Assembly (NCBI GenBank): GCA_052168235.1
Contig: JBQLZK010000024.1
Span: 27,090-91,089 of the forward strand
DNA from: Thainema sp.
GTDB lineage: Bacteria > Cyanobacteriota > Cyanobacteriia > Phormidesmidales > Phormidesmidaceae
Direction of reading: 5' to 3'
DNA length: 64,000 bases
Part shown: in pieces, positions 9,630 to 19,261 of the stretch
Position numbering within the stretch: position 1 is the first letter of the stretch
How the letters are laid out: every line of letters starts with the position of its first letter
The notes under the pieces: generated by a model
Seen by the model: only the letters and a program-made list of their open reading frames with translations
What the model was told of the DNA's origin: nothing
Database searches by the model: none
Translations under genes and position numbers: made by a program

Positions 9630-10370
9630 TCAAACCAACGAGCGCGTCTCCTGCCGCGCTGAATTGTAAATCACCATCAGTGAAAAATACGGTAACGCCA
9701 GATCGGGGAAGTTGGCCAAATCACGATAGATTTTTTGGCGCAGATGTGTGGCGCGTTCAACCACGTAGCTGTGCTGGAGCAACTGTTGCTGGTGCAGGAT
9801 TTTCCAGACCTGTGAATAGACCGAACTGACTTTCATTAACACGACAACATCGGCCCAGGATAAAGCGGTTTCCAGTGCCTCAACGCAGTAAAGCGTGGGC
9901 AAAATGGCGAGCTGCTGGTGCTGAATCGTCAGCGGAATGCCCAGAGCTGCCGCCGCTGCCATTGGTGAACAAACGCCCGGAATGGTTTGCACCTTGGCGT
10001 CGGGATGGGCCTGCTTCAGGGCCTGGGCTAAATAGGTGAACGTGCTGTAAAAGCTGGTGTCGCCTTCCGAGGCAAAAGCAATATCCTGTCCCTGAGCTAG
10101 ATAGGGCCAAACTGTTGCCGCCGCTTTTTGCCAGGCGGTTTCAAGTGCGATCGCATCTTGCACGTAGGGAAAATGCAGCGGCAGGCGAATTTGATGTCCC
10201 TTCAGCCACGGCGCGATAATTTGCTCGGCAACTCCTTGACGCTGCTGAAGTCCGGCTGGAAAGGCAACCACAGGTGATGATTGCAGTCGGCGCAGTCCTT
10301 TAACGGTGATCAGATCTGGATCACCTGGCCCCACACCAATTCCATAGAGCGTCCCAATCTCTAAATTCAT
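9630..10370 (-). CDS. cobI: Precorrin-2 C20-methyltransferase
   Basis: GTLYGIGVGPGDPDLITVKG, SEGDxSFYSTF, IPGV and VVLMKV motifs; 4-nt overlap with the upstream antiporter. Confidence 0.9.
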   Translation of the reverse strand: MNLEIGTLYGIGVGPGDPDLITVKGLRRLQSSPVVAFPAGLQQRQGVAEQIIAPWLKGHQIRLPLHFPYVQDAIALETAWQKAAATVWPYLAQGQDIAFASEGDTSFYSTFTYLAQALKQAHPDAKVQTIPGVCSPMAAAAALGIPLTIQHQQLAILPTLYCVEALETALSWADVVVLMKVSSVYSQVWKILHQQQLLQHSYVVERATHLRQKIYRDLANFPDLALPYFSLMVIYNSARQETRSLV

Positions 10371-12544
10371 GGCGGTGATTGGTCAGGAGTTGATACATTA
10401 TCGGCTCCGCGCTGTTTATCTGCATCCGAACGAGCGGCTGTATCCAGTTCCAAATTAGCCTGTTCAGCATTTTTAACCTGCCCGTTATCTTGTCCAGGCG
10501 CAGTTTGACTATTGGATGGAGCTGAACCTTGAGCCGATTGTTTTTGTTTTGAATTAGCTGAGCCAGTGATAGCGGTAGGCTTAGATTTGCTACTACTCTC
10601 TTTTGAGTCGGCGTCTTTAGCCTCTACTTTGGCCTCACTGGTGCCGTTTTTGGCAGGTGTGTTAGGCACCGGGGCTTCTTCAACTTCCGGTAGAGTTTCA
10701 ACTACCAGCCGCGCTGGACTCTTGCCGCCTGAGAGCCGCTTCAGCAGTTTGGGCTTCGGATCATGCAGCAGGTAAATAATGCGATCGCCCGCTTGCCATT
10801 CATGATTCGCTGCGGCTACTAGGAGCTGTTCACCCCGCTCAACGAGTAGCGGAATCAGTTCGCCAGAGCGCATCAGTGCTTTCAAATGCGCTTGTTGAAA
10901 TAGCACTCCTGGCTGACGCAGCGTAGTCTGGCCCAGCTTTACGGCCCCATCGGTCAGATATCCGTTCCAGGTTTTAATCGGAAATTCGGGCATAAACGCC
11001 TGCTGCACTTTTGTCTTGGCAGGCAGCTTATTATCCGGTTTACCGCTGGGATAAATCGCCAGCACCCTCGGCGGCTGAAACTCGTCAGAAGCTTGTTGAG
11101 CAACAACAGCGTTTACTTCACCATTATTGGTAACAGCCAGAAACGTGCCTACATTGGCCAAGCCTGCTTCTTCCAGCACCTCATTATCGAGGGCGCTGCT
11201 GATAAACACTTTAATATTTTCAGCTTCAGCCTGCTGGCGGGCTTCCTCTTGCGTATCGATCAGGACAACGGATTCTCCTCGCTCTTTGAACAGGCGAGCA
11301 ATCAGCAAACTAAGCGGATTGCAGCCCACAATCACCACCCCAGTTGCCTGATGCGAGGTCAAATTGAGCAACCGCGCAATCCAGCCAGCGGAAAGACCCT
11401 GGAGGAAAACGGTAGAAATAATGGTCAAAAAGACTAAGGCTTTAATCGAGTCGCCACCGTTGATTCCCCGCTCCGTCAGCAGAATCGCAAACAGGGAGGC
11501 AACGGAGGCGGAAACAATTCCCCGTGGCGCAATCCAGGCCAAAAATAGCTTCTGTCGCCAGTTGAGGTCGCTATTCCAGGTGCAGAACCAGATGGTAATC
11601 GGTCGCACCACAAACATCAAAATTGCAACGGTAAACACCGCTCCCCGCCCCAAGGCGAAAATACTGGCAATCGACAAATCTGCCGACAGCAGAATAAACA
11701 GGACGGAAACGGCCAGAATGGTGAGCTGTCCCTTGAAGCGGCGCAGCAGTCGCTCCTCAGGTACCGATAACGCCCGCACCACGATTCCGGCGATAACCGT
11801 CGTCATCAAACCTGATTCGCTGCGAATCGTCTGAGCTAATCCGAACAGGCCCCACAATCCGGCTAAAACCACCAGGTTCTTTAGATCTTCCGACAAGAAG
11901 GTGGCTTTCTTGAGGATGAATCCCAGTAAAGCGCCACCGACCAGGCCAATCAGCGCTCCCAGGCTGAGGCGAATCAGCAGGCCGCTAATCACGGCCCAGG
12001 GGTCGGTATCGCCGTTGAGAATAATGTCGAGGACAACCACGGCCAGAATCGCGCCGACTGGGTCGATTAGGACTCCTTCCCCTTCCAGCAGGGTAGCAAC
12101 GGAGCGATCCACTTTGACCTGCCGCAGCAGCGGGTTGATTACGGTCGGTCCTGTCACCACGACCAGCGAGGCATACAAAAAAGCGATCGGCCAGGGAAAC
12201 TCCGCCAGCCAGTGTGCGGCCATACCGCCACCAATCAAGGTGATAAAAATGCCGACAGTGACTAAGTTACGCAGACTACCCGAAACTCGTCCTAGCTCTT
12301 TCAGCTCTAGGTTGAGGCCGCCTTCAAATAGGATCAGCGCTACGGATAGGCCGACCATCACCTCTAGGCCAATGCCTAGAACTTGAGGTGAAAGGATTCC
12401 TACTCCGTCCGGGCCTAGGGCAATGCCAAATAGCAGCAAGAAAATGATGCTAGGCACTTTTAGATACTCAGCCACCACCTGAGCACCAATTCCTGCCAGG
12501 ACGGTGAGAACCATCTGCAGTGTGATTTCAAACGGTGCATCCAT
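10367..12544 (-). CDS. Cation:proton antiporter (CPA1/NhaP-type) with TrkA-N domain
   Basis: Many TM helices, LFEGGL, VTGPTV, LEGEGVLIDP, APRGIV; C-terminal VVIVG..VVLID Rossmann-like domain and a disordered tail. Confidence 0.92.
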   Translation of the reverse strand: MDAPFEITLQMVLTVLAGIGAQVVAEYLKVPSIIFLLLFGIALGPDGVGILSPQVLGIGLEVMVGLSVALILFEGGLNLELKELGRVSGSLRNLVTVGIFITLIGGGMAAHWLAEFPWPIAFLYASLVVVTGPTVINPLLRQVKVDRSVATLLEGEGVLIDPVGAILAVVVLDIILNGDTDPWAVISGLLIRLSLGALIGLVGGALLGFILKKATFLSEDLKNLVVLAGLWGLFGLAQTIRSESGLMTTVIAGIVVRALSVPEERLLRRFKGQLTILAVSVLFILLSADLSIASIFALGRGAVFTVAILMFVVRPITIWFCTWNSDLNWRQKLFLAWIAPRGIVSASVASLFAILLTERGINGGDSIKALVFLTIISTVFLQGLSAGWIARLLNLTSHQATGVVIVGCNPLSLLIARLFKERGESVVLIDTQEEARQQAEAENIKVFISSALDNEVLEEAGLANVGTFLAVTNNGEVNAVVAQQASDEFQPPRVLAIYPSGKPDNKLPAKTKVQQAFMPEFPIKTWNGYLTDGAVKLGQTTLRQPGVLFQQAHLKALMRSGELIPLLVERGEQLLVAAANHEWQAGDRIIYLLHDPKPKLLKRLSGGKSPARLVVETLPEVEEAPVPNTPAKNGTSEAKVEAKDADSKESSSKSKPTAITGSANSKQKQSAQGSAPSNSQTAPGQDNGQVKNAEQANLELDTAARSDADKQRGADNVSTPDQSPP

Positions 12545-12732
12545 AAACGTCTAAAGCGCGCAGCGGGCTATTGGGCACACGCAGAGTGCGCTAAACCGCA
12601 AAACATCCCTAACAAGTTTTGGCGGTTGGAACAATTGAATGTGATGGTCTGACACAGCAATAGGGATTACGTAGACTTTCTACTTTATCAAGTTATAGCT
12701 CTAATCGAAAATCCTTGCTGATTTGTTTAGTT

Positions 12733-12768
12733 GGTAGTCCTCAAAAGGTCATGATTTTGGGGACTACC
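12733..12768. terminator. Hairpin downstream of the histidine kinase
   Basis: GGTAGTCCTCAAAA...TTTTGGGGACTACC inverted repeat. Confidence 0.55.
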
Positions 12769-12795
12769 GTTTATTTGAGTGTGAGTTGATCGCTT

Positions 12796-12897
12796 ATAGC
12801 TATCGCCACTTTGGTTAGATATCTACCAAATTCAGCGTTTAACCATTTGAACGTTTTCAGAGTCTGCCAATGGCCTAACCAATCTGACAACTGCTAT
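12796..12897 (+). mobile_element. ~100-bp MITE-like element, copy 1
   Basis: Imperfect terminal inverted repeats ATAGCTATCGCCACTTTGGTTAG / CTAACCAATCTGACAACTGCTAT; related copy at 15290-15381. Confidence 0.65.
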
Positions 12898-12938
12898 TAT
12901 GACGACTGCCTGAAATTGGAGTTGGCTAAAACCGTTTA

Positions 12939-15149
12939 TTAGTCAGCATTTACAGTGCTTCTCACTAGGCTGAGCTTTTCACTAGACTGAGAACGGGTAT
13001 CGGTCACTAAAGCTGGCAGTGTGATGGGCAGATAAATCGTAAAAGTGCTGCCTTTACCGATAGCTGAGGTGCAAGTCAGACTGCCGCCGTGGGTGTCAGT
13101 AATAATTTGATAGCTGGTCGATAAGCCCATGCCAATCCCTCTACCGACAGGTTTTGTGGTGAAAAATGGGTCGAAGATGCGCTCTTGGAGCGATTCTGAA
13201 ATGCCGGAGCCATTATCTGCGATCGCAATTTCTACGGTTTTGGAGTCAACTAAGCGAGTTTGAATGCGGATTTCTGGTTGAGGCTGTTGGCTATCTTCAA
13301 ATGCATCAATGGCGTTGTTCAACAGGTGCATGATCACCTGATTGAGCTGTCCTGCATAGCATTGAATGTTCGGTAATTGACTGTAGTCTTTGATCACCGC
13401 GATCGGGGGATGCGTCTTCTGCTCCCTTAAGCGATGCGCCAGAACCATCAGGGTGCTGTCGATGCTGGCATGGAGATCAATATCTTTGAATTCCGCTTCA
13501 TCTAGGCGCGAGAAGGTTCGGAGTGATTCCACAATAGCCTTGACCCGATCCGTGCCCGTTCTCATCGAACCAAACAGATGCGGCAAATCCTCGCGCAAAA
13601 AGTCCAAGTCAATGGTCTCAATGTGATCTGCGATCGCGGGTTGGGGGGTGGGATGGTAGTGCTGATAGCAGTCAATCAGGCTCAATAGGTCGCTGCAGTA
13701 GCCCTGAGCATGGATCAAATTAGTATGGATAAAGCCGATTGGATTATTGATTTCATGGGCAATTCCGGCCACGAGCTGGCCCAAACTCGACATTTTTTCA
13801 GTCTGGATCATGTGAGTCTGGGTCTGTTGCAGCGCTTGCAAGGTTTCTTGTAGTTTCTTGGCTTGATCCTTTTGTTCGGTGAGGTCTCGAATAATCGTCG
13901 AGAAATACTCCACGTCACCCTGATCATTTTTGTGGGCGATCACCATTTGGGACGCGGGCATCCGATCGCCTTGCTCATTCACCAGATTGATTTCGCCGAA
14001 CCAGTAGCCATTTTGAATCGCTGTCGGCATACTTTCGGTCATAAACGTTTCAGCCAGCGCCGTTGGCATCACCTCCGTTACGTTAAAGTTCTGAGTTTGC
14101 TCAGGTAAAATACCCCAAAAATCCTGTCCGGCTTGATTGAGATAAAGACTTTGCCCCTCTGCGTTGATCATCCCAACAATATCAGGCGTGGTTTCTAAAA
14201 TGGCCAATAAGCGATCGCGTTCCTGCTGTAGCTGACGCTGTTCCGTCACATCCATTAAGATGCCGTACCACAGGATTGACCGATCTGCCTGTAGCTCTGG
14301 AGTTGACTGAATTTGCAGCCATTTTTCTTGGCCAGAGGCCAGCGTGATCGGCACTATCCAGTCAAAATTTTGTAGCGTCTGAGCCGATTGCCTCAATGAC
14401 TGCTCAAACTGTTCGGTATATCCGGGAGAAACGACACTGAGAATCGTGTTGGCATCCGCCATAATTTCGGCTGGGGTAAGACCATAAATTTCCTGACAGC
14501 GATCACTGACATAGGGAAATGAAGCTTGCCCGTCCGCAGCCAAGCGAAATTGAAACAGCATGCCTGGTACTTTGCCAATCAACTGCGCGAACTTCTGTTC
14601 TTGCTGTTCAAGTGCGACCTCAGCCTGCTGACGCTGGTTAGCTTCCTGTGAAATCTGCTTTAAGCTGTGCTGGAGTTCTATCTGGTTGATCACCAAGCGG
14701 CTTAACGCTACCAGTGCTTCAAGTTGCTGATCGGATAGCTCGCGGGGTTGAATATCAATGGCACATAAGCTACCAATCGCGTATCCATCCGACGTGATTA
14801 AAGGCGCACCTGCATAAAAGCGAATATGGGGATCGCCTGTGACCAGTGGATTATTCGCAAACCGAGGGTCAATCGTGGCATCGTGAATCACCATCGGTTC
14901 GTGCTGCCAAACGGTGTGTGTGCAAAACGAAATGTCGCGGTCTGTCTGATTCGCATCAAGCCCTTGAACGGATTTAAACCACTGTCGATCGCGATCAACC
15001 AGACTAATCACAGCGATTGGGACATTGCAGATTTGCGCAACTAACCGAGTAATGTCGTCGTAAGCGGTCTCGCTCTCGGTATCCAGAATGTCGTAGCTGA
15101 GCAGCTTAGCCAGTCGCTGTTCTTCATTTGCAGGCAAGGGTGTGATCAT
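12939..15149 (-). CDS. GAF-PAS-PAS sensor histidine kinase
   Basis: GAF ([19 protein letters not shown]), two PAS domains, H-box [10 protein letters not shown], N box, DNGSG, FFTTK.G.G.GMGL; start placed at MITP. Confidence 0.93.
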   Translation of the reverse strand: [736 protein letters not shown]

Positions 15150-15289
15150 ACAATTCCTTTCAATGAAACAAAAGATCAATGCAGGTTCATCAGACTATCG
15201 GTGTTGATCAAGATTGACTGTTGTTTCATCTTGAATTTGGCTACAGCGCTGCTGCTGGCGAAACACACCGTAAATCTCACTCGGTTGAT

Positions 15290-15381
15290 ATAGCTGTAGT
15301 ATTGGCGAGGACGATGGGGAACGTTGAAAACGTTCAAACGTTTGATTTCGTAGATGTCTCGACCAAAGTGGCGACGGCTAC
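15290..15381 (-). mobile_element. MITE-like element, copy 2 (inverted relative to copy 1)
   Basis: Minus strand GTAGCCGTCGCCACTTTGGTCGAGACATCTACGAAAT..TTTGAACGTTTTCA..GTCCTCGCCAAT..CAGCTAT aligns along its length with 12796-12897. Confidence 0.65.
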
Positions 15382-15603
15382 AAATACAGCTTGATGCCGC
15401 AGTCAAGGCCAGAAAATCATTTATAAAAAGAAAATTCGACGCACGCCTGCCAAGTCTTAATATCTTGATTTGAACAGTTCGTGACAATGACTAATAATGA
15501 GAGCGTTTGATAAAGTCTTTAAAGATCTTTACATTCATAGATAGTACTAGCCTACCCACCTGGATAGAGTTGAGCAACAATGGCAGTCCCGCAAAAATCT
15601 ATC

Positions 15604-16800
15604 TTAAGGATGTTTGAGCAGTAGGTAATACATTTCGCCTTCGGCATTGAGCAAACCAGCCTGCTCGCCTGCTTCGGTGCCTGTGCCCATAAAGACATCG
15701 ACTCGTCCTGCTCCCCGGATAGCGCTGCCTGTGTCTTGGTCGAGGACGTAGCGGCTGGTGGGGGAGGTTGTCCATGCTCCGGTGCTGTCTCGCATCGGTA
15801 GGGGAGCGTAGATTAATGCGATCGCACCAGGCGGCATGATGGATTTATCGGTGGCAATCGAGCGCATAGGCGTCACGGGAACACCTAGACTGCCTGTAGC
15901 AGGCCGACCATAGGTTTCTTCAAAGAAAATGAATCGCTGATTGCGCGGTAGGTACAGATCCAGTTCGTCAGGATTGGCCTTGAAGTAGTCCAGCAGCAGC
16001 GGCAGAGTAAGTTCTTCCAGGCTAAACTTGCCTGCGTCAACGAGCTGACGACCAATGCTGGTATAGGGATACTCCGTTCGTCCGGCGTAGCCTACGCTCA
16101 TGGTGCTACCGTCCGTAAGCTGCAATCGAGCGGAGCCTTGCACCTGGACTAGAAAAGCTTCTAAGCGATCGCGCAGCCAAACCAGTTCATAGCCCCGCAG
16201 CGGCCCCTGACTGCCCTGAAGCCCGTCGGCTCCTTCTAGTTCTAGACGAGTGGGATGAGGCAGCGGCCAGCGGCTTAAACTCGCCGGGGGCGAGTAAAGG
16301 GGATAGCGATATTCTGCCGTTGGTGCGCGACTAGCCAAATAGGTCGGCTCAAAATAGCCCGTAAAGCTGACGCTGCCCTGTCCGTCATGTCCCACCGAGC
16401 GGTAAAAGGTAAACTCTCTTTGCACGGCTTGCTGAAATTCGCTGGCTGATTGGCTGGACAGCAAAAGCTGACGAAACCGCTGCAAACTGCGATAAACGCG
16501 ATCGCGAGTTACTCCCGCCACCGGATAGTTGCGATATGCTTCAACCGCCTCAGCAGATTGAAGGTAGCGCAAGCTGTTGTCAATCGAGGCCAACAGCGCA
16601 GCCCGATCGCCAGCTTGACTTCCCTCACCCCACAACCGCTCATCCAGCCCTAAATCCGGAAATGCTACAGCCGTCATGTCCGTGATGGACACTGGCTCTA
16701 GTGGCAGCCTATCGGTGAGTGGAACCTGACCGGATGCTGGACTCAGCCAGAGGGCGAGCCCCAATCCGAGCAGGAATCCAATAATGTTGAAGCCTCGCAT
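15604..16800 (-). CDS. mltA: Membrane-bound lytic murein transglycosylase A
   Basis: FTGYFEP, QVQGSARL, Y.SIG, N.R.IFF, RSIATD and DQDTGSAIRGAGRVDVFMG (3D domain). Confidence 0.92.
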   Translation of the reverse strand: MRGFNIIGFLLGLGLALWLSPASGQVPLTDRLPLEPVSITDMTAVAFPDLGLDERLWGEGSQAGDRAALLASIDNSLRYLQSAEAVEAYRNYPVAGVTRDRVYRSLQRFRQLLLSSQSASEFQQAVQREFTFYRSVGHDGQGSVSFTGYFEPTYLASRAPTAEYRYPLYSPPASLSRWPLPHPTRLELEGADGLQGSQGPLRGYELVWLRDRLEAFLVQVQGSARLQLTDGSTMSVGYAGRTEYPYTSIGRQLVDAGKFSLEELTLPLLLDYFKANPDELDLYLPRNQRFIFFEETYGRPATGSLGVPVTPMRSIATDKSIMPPGAIALIYAPLPMRDSTGAWTTSPTSRYVLDQDTGSAIRGAGRVDVFMGTGTEAGEQAGLLNAEGEMYYLLLKHP

Positions 16801-16838
16801 GCGATCTCAATTCACCTGGCAAATTACCTACTCAATGT

Positions 16839-17090
16839 CTAGTATCGTTCGACGCTAGAACTGAAGATCGGTTCCACCCGAATCGCAATCACCTTAGAGG
16901 GACGAATCACCATGTACTCGCCCTGAATGTTCTTGATCGGTACGCTGATAAAGTCATCGGACGTACTCTTGGGGACGAGTTCGCCGCTGTACCACTTTTG
17001 GAAATCCTGAATAGTCGAAAACCGCACTTCTTCGCGATGTCCGCCGTCAATCAAAATATGAACCACAAATTCACTGGGTGTTCTGGGCAT
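16839..17090 (-). CDS. Conserved small cyanobacterial hypothetical protein
   Basis: 83-aa ORF with protein-like composition, co-oriented with mltA. Confidence 0.8.
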   Translation of the reverse strand: MPRTPSEFVVHILIDGGHREEVRFSTIQDFQKWYSGELVPKSTSDDFISVPIKNIQGEYMVIRPSKVIAIRVEPIFSSSVERY

Positions 17091-17230
17091 AATCTACCTT
17101 TACTCAAAACGCACCGTCCTCATTATGGGCTGGTGATGCTCGAAAATAACGCACATCCACAAAAATCAGCAAATTTTAGGATTTGCGCTGAACGAGAACA
17201 TGTCCAGATTACAGATTCCATTCATATTGC

Positions 17231-17258
17231 GTAGGGGCGAATGGCCATTCGCCCCTAC
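17231..17258. repeat. GTAG-type REP-like perfect palindrome
   Basis: GTAGGGGCGAATGG|CCATTCGCCCCTAC, 28-bp perfect palindrome. Confidence 0.8.
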
Positions 17259-17278
17259 CAGATAACTTGCCTACAGAC

Positions 17279-18049
17279 CTAGCGTGCAAGGAGATTAAAG
17301 CGCTGTAGCCGCTCTTTCACTAAATCGGGTAAGCTCTTCCGCATTTCGGCAGCAGTTTGAAAAATCAGCCGATTTTGACCCGGTACGTCAAACGGGAACT
17401 GTCCGGCAAAATCCGTCCGCTCCATTTGCGCCAGGATAATCTGCTCTGGTCGCTTACACTGCAACGCATAGCCAACTTCGACGCTGACCTGCGGACTGGG
17501 TAAAACCTGGGCCGGTGTGCCTGGAATCTGAGCGATTGGCGTGCCGTCCGCAATAAATAGCAAACTCTGGCGCAGCTTACGCATCAGCGTACTCTGGAGC
17601 CGAATCGGGCCTTCCGTCAGCCGATGGGATTCTTCTAGCGCTAGCGGTAGACGCAGTTTGGGATTCAGCTTTTCAATCACGGCTGTCAGTTCTTCCCGCA
17701 GAATTGAGCTGGACTCGCTATATTCCGTTTGGTAGCTCAGGAAAATCGTCGGCTCCAAATGCGTCATCACTTCGCGCTTGGTGAAATACAGCTCATGGCT
17801 GATCAGGTCGATATTAGAAATCGCGTAGCCACCGCTGCCTTCAATGTAAAACTCCACCATCTCCCCAGCCAGATAGCGCTGAAACCAGTCCGACTGCTTG
17901 ACATCTTCCGCGTCATCTAAAAAATCAGCCCGCAGGCCAGATTTCAGCAAACTGTTTTTACTCAAGCGCAAATCATGAGGCCGCTTTTCCAGTTCTTGAA
18001 TCGGCTCATATTCTCCGAGATACCAAGCTTTCAGCGCAATAATGGCCAT
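17279..18049 (-). CDS. Conserved cyanobacterial hypothetical protein (C-terminal TIR-like/nucleotide-binding-like segment)
   Basis: 256 aa; MAIIALKAWYL start; IFLSYQ..LFIADGTP..PSPQVSVEVGYAL..FPFD. Confidence 0.8.
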   Translation of the reverse strand: MAIIALKAWYLGEYEPIQELEKRPHDLRLSKNSLLKSGLRADFLDDAEDVKQSDWFQRYLAGEMVEFYIEGSGGYAISNIDLISHELYFTKREVMTHLEPTIFLSYQTEYSESSSILREELTAVIEKLNPKLRLPLALEESHRLTEGPIRLQSTLMRKLRQSLLFIADGTPIAQIPGTPAQVLPSPQVSVEVGYALQCKRPEQIILAQMERTDFAGQFPFDVPGQNRLIFQTAAEMRKSLPDLVKERLQRFNLLAR

Positions 18050-18314
18050 AATTTGCGTCTACCTGCCTTATGATTGCGATCGCAGTGGGCGATAAGTGGG
18101 CATAATTAACGCCATTTTAACCGCGCCGATTAGAAAAATGAGCAAGAATTGAATGAAGCGAAAACCTTCGTAATCCCGAAATGGAGCGTTTTGTACCCAA
18201 TTGCTCCCATTTACCTGAAAATTTAGCAATTAGGCGATAAAAATCAGCCCTCCCGGCATGACAACTCAGAATAGAAAGTAATAGCGCAATAACTCGTCGC
18301 CTCGAAAATCAGCC

Positions 18315-18374
18315 ACTATAAAGCCGGACGACTCATCACACGCAACGTAGCGATGAATCGTCCGGCTTTATAGT
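18315..18374. terminator. Long hairpin ending the putative ncRNA
   Basis: ACTATAAAGCCGGACGA (18315-18331) / TCGTCCGGCTTTATAGT (18358-18374), with additional inner pairing. Confidence 0.75.
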
Positions 18375-18742
18375 TAACGAATAAGTTTGCGTATCAAAAA
18401 AGAACTAGGTGCTGTAGAGTTTGCTCCTTTTAATTAGATTAGGAAGTACCGAAGTTTTACCACCTAATTCGTTTATCCAAAGACGCAAGTTCCTTTTAAA
18501 TCAACAACACCCAAACCGACTCAGGGAATTCTTCACTTTCTTCGATCATGAATAGAGTTATGACTGAATCGCAAATTATTTTACGTTAATTATCTCAGTC
18601 AAATTGCTCCCTTCTTTTCAATTTGAAGAAATATAAGCAACTTTGTTTGGGTGTTGTGGTTGACGAGACAGACTTAGATTAATCAGAGGTTCTCTCCTTT
18701 TTCCTTAACTAGCTGTATCTGTCAGGGAAGCATCTCTGCTTC
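18315..18742 (-). ncRNA. Putative ~430-nt structured non-coding RNA
   Basis: -10 TATAGT (18750-18755); 5' hairpin GAAGCA-GAGA-UGCUUC; 13-bp long-range helix 18504-18516/18645-18657; cUUCGg loop 18448-18455; 17-bp terminal stem; no ORF of 60 aa or more. Confidence 0.65.
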
Positions 18743-19261
18743 AATTACAACTATAGCCCCTTGGCCTATCGAGATCGCGGTCGGTTTAACAAAGTTTACT
18801 TTTGCGATAGTTGCGATCGCACTTCGTTCTCTAAGCAGGGATCACTGAGTACAGAAGGGCTATAGCATCGCAACGCTATATCTAGAGTCAGATAATCCAC
18901 GAGCAGCAACTGCACTTAATCTAGATCCCGCAAAATTGCTGATTTGGTTCGATACGGTCTGAGAAGAGGAATTTGAACACAGTCAATTTAACGAATAAAG
19001 CCAGTTTAGGATCTTACCTAAACGCTCTGATTCCCATTCAATCAGTTCAAAATAATTGGTTGATGCAGCAGTTGGTGAAGCAATATTTTAAGCAGTAAAT
19101 AATCCAGAGGGCATACGATTTTCAATGCTAAGTCAGTTTGTTTGCTGATTTTAGATATTCTTATATTCAGTGCTGATAATTATTGATCAAAACAAAATTA
19201 ATTAAAAACGTGAGCCAGTTTGGATAATGACTTTCAGTAATTTCAACAGCAGTAGTTTAAT

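Noticed and set aside
15176..15487. 103-aa minus-strand ORF upstream of the histidine kinase
   Set aside because: Runs through the MITE-like element, has a TTG start and shows no protein-like features.
18404..18549. Tiny minus-strand ORFs inside the putative ncRNA (MIEESEEFPESVWVLLI; TTG-started LRLWINELGGKTSVLPNLIKRSKLYST)
   Set aside because: Very short, poorly spaced from the SD-like motifs and overlapping predicted helices; not supportable without Ribo-seq.
18786..18799. NtcA-like site GTA-N8-TAA upstream of the putative ncRNA
   Set aside because: Mismatch in the TAC half-site, and 30 nt from the -10 box rather than the usual ~22.
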